NCBI GenBank assembly: GCA_002269645.1
Contig: NIVC01000701.1
Span: 124,001-188,000 of the forward strand
Source: Macrostomum lignano
Taxonomy: Eukaryota
Direction: 5' to 3'
DNA length: 64,000 nt
Of the stretch, positions 62,660 through 64,000 are shown piece after piece. The notes beneath the pieces are model-generated. The model searched no databases. It saw nothing but the letters and a program-made list of their open reading frames with translations, and was not told where the DNA came from. Position 1 is the stretch's first letter. Every line of letters begins with the position of its first letter. Position numbers and translations under genes: made by a program.

Positions 62660-64000
62660 TCTGCAGAATCATTCATCTGGTTTCTATAGAATCATTGAAA
62701 TGGTTTCTGTGGAATCATTGAGATGGTTTCTGTGGAATCATTAAGATGGTTTCTGTGGAATCATTGAGATGGTTTCTGTGGGATCATTGAGATGGTTTCT
62801 GTGGAATCATTGAGATGGTTTCTGTGGAATCATTGAGATGGTTTCTGTGGAATCATTGAGATGGTTTCTGTGGAATCATTGAGATGGTTTCTGTGGAATC
62901 ATTGAGATGGTTTCTGTGGAATCATTGAGATGGTTTCTGTGGAATCATTGAGATGGTTTCTGTGGAATCATTGAGATGGTTTCTGTGGAATCATTGAGAT
63001 GGTTTCTGTGGAATCATTGAGATGGTTTCTGTGGATCATTGAGATGGTTTCTGTGGAATCATTGAGATGGTTTCTGTGGAATCATTGAGATGGTTTCTGT
63101 GGAATCATTGAATGGTTTCTGTGGAATCATTGAGATGGTTTCTGTGGAATCATTGAATGGTTTCTGTGGAATCATTGAGATGGTTTCTGTGGAATCATTG
63201 GATGGTTTCTGTGGAATCATTGAGATGGTTTCTGTGGAATCATTGGATGGTTTCTGTGGAATCATTGAGATGGTTTCTGTGGATCATTGGATGGTTTCTG
63301 TGGATCATTGAGATGGTTTCTGTGGAATCATTGGATGGTTTCTGTGGAATCATTGAGATGGTTTCTGTGGAATCATTGGATGGTTTCTGTGGAATCATTG
63401 AGATGGTTTCTGTGGATCATTGAGATGGTTTCTGTGGAATCATTGAGATGGTTTCTGTGGATCATTGGATGGTTTCTGTGGATCATTGAGATGGTTTCTG
63501 TGGATCATTGGATGGTTTCTGTGGAATCATTGAGATGGTTTCTGTGGAATCATTGAGATGGTTTCTGTGGAATCATTGAGATGGTTTCTGTGGATCATTG
63601 AGATGGTTTCTGTGGAATCATTGAGATGGTTTCTGTGGAATCATTGAGATGGTTTCTGTGGAATCATTAGATGGTTTCTGTGGAATCATTGGATGGTTTC
63701 TGTGGAATCATTGGATGGTTTTGTGGATCATTGAGATGGTTTCTGTGGAATCATTGAGATGGTTTCTGTGGAATCATTGAGATGGTTTCTGTGGAATCAT
63801 TGGATGGTTTCTGTGGAATCATTGAGATGGTTTCTGTGGAATCATTGAGATGGTTTCTGTGGAATCATTGAGATGGTTTCTGTGGAATCATTGAGATGGT
63901 TTCTGTGGAATCATTGAGATGGTTTCTGTGGAATCATTGAGATGGTTTCTGTGGAATCATTGAGATGGTTTCTGTGGAACCATTGAGATGGTTTCTGTGG
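62660..64000. repeat. Minisatellite, 23-bp unit GAGATGGTTTCTGTGGAATCATT (runs off the right edge)
   Basis: Visible tandem units. Confidence 0.97.

Overview
Eukaryotic (animal) genomic DNA with GC-rich exons, AT-rich spacers and introns filled with minisatellites. The flatworm-type paramyosin and this intron style suggest a free-living flatworm such as Macrostomum (inference). Six spliced protein-coding genes were reconstructed by hand: the 5' end of a Piezo channel (-, runs off the left edge), a complete 15-exon TRAPPC11 (-), a 5-exon Flower/CACFD1 (-), a 4-exon DEG/ENaC channel (+, apparently with two GC-AG introns), an 8-exon paramyosin (-), and the first coding exon of an unidentified His/Pro-rich protein with an N-myristoylation-like start (+). 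Piezo and Flower are largely invisible in the supplied ORF track. Mobile DNA comprises a ~3 kb palindromic Penelope-like retroelement (RT + GIY-YIG) with a candidate hammerhead ribozyme in each arm, a tRNA-derived SINE plus a truncated copy, a hAT-type MITE with an 8-bp TSD, an RTE-type LINE fragment, several foldback/hairpin elements and a local templated duplication. About 20 unrelated tandem arrays explain most long ORFs in the track. All homology calls come from recalled family motifs, not database searches.
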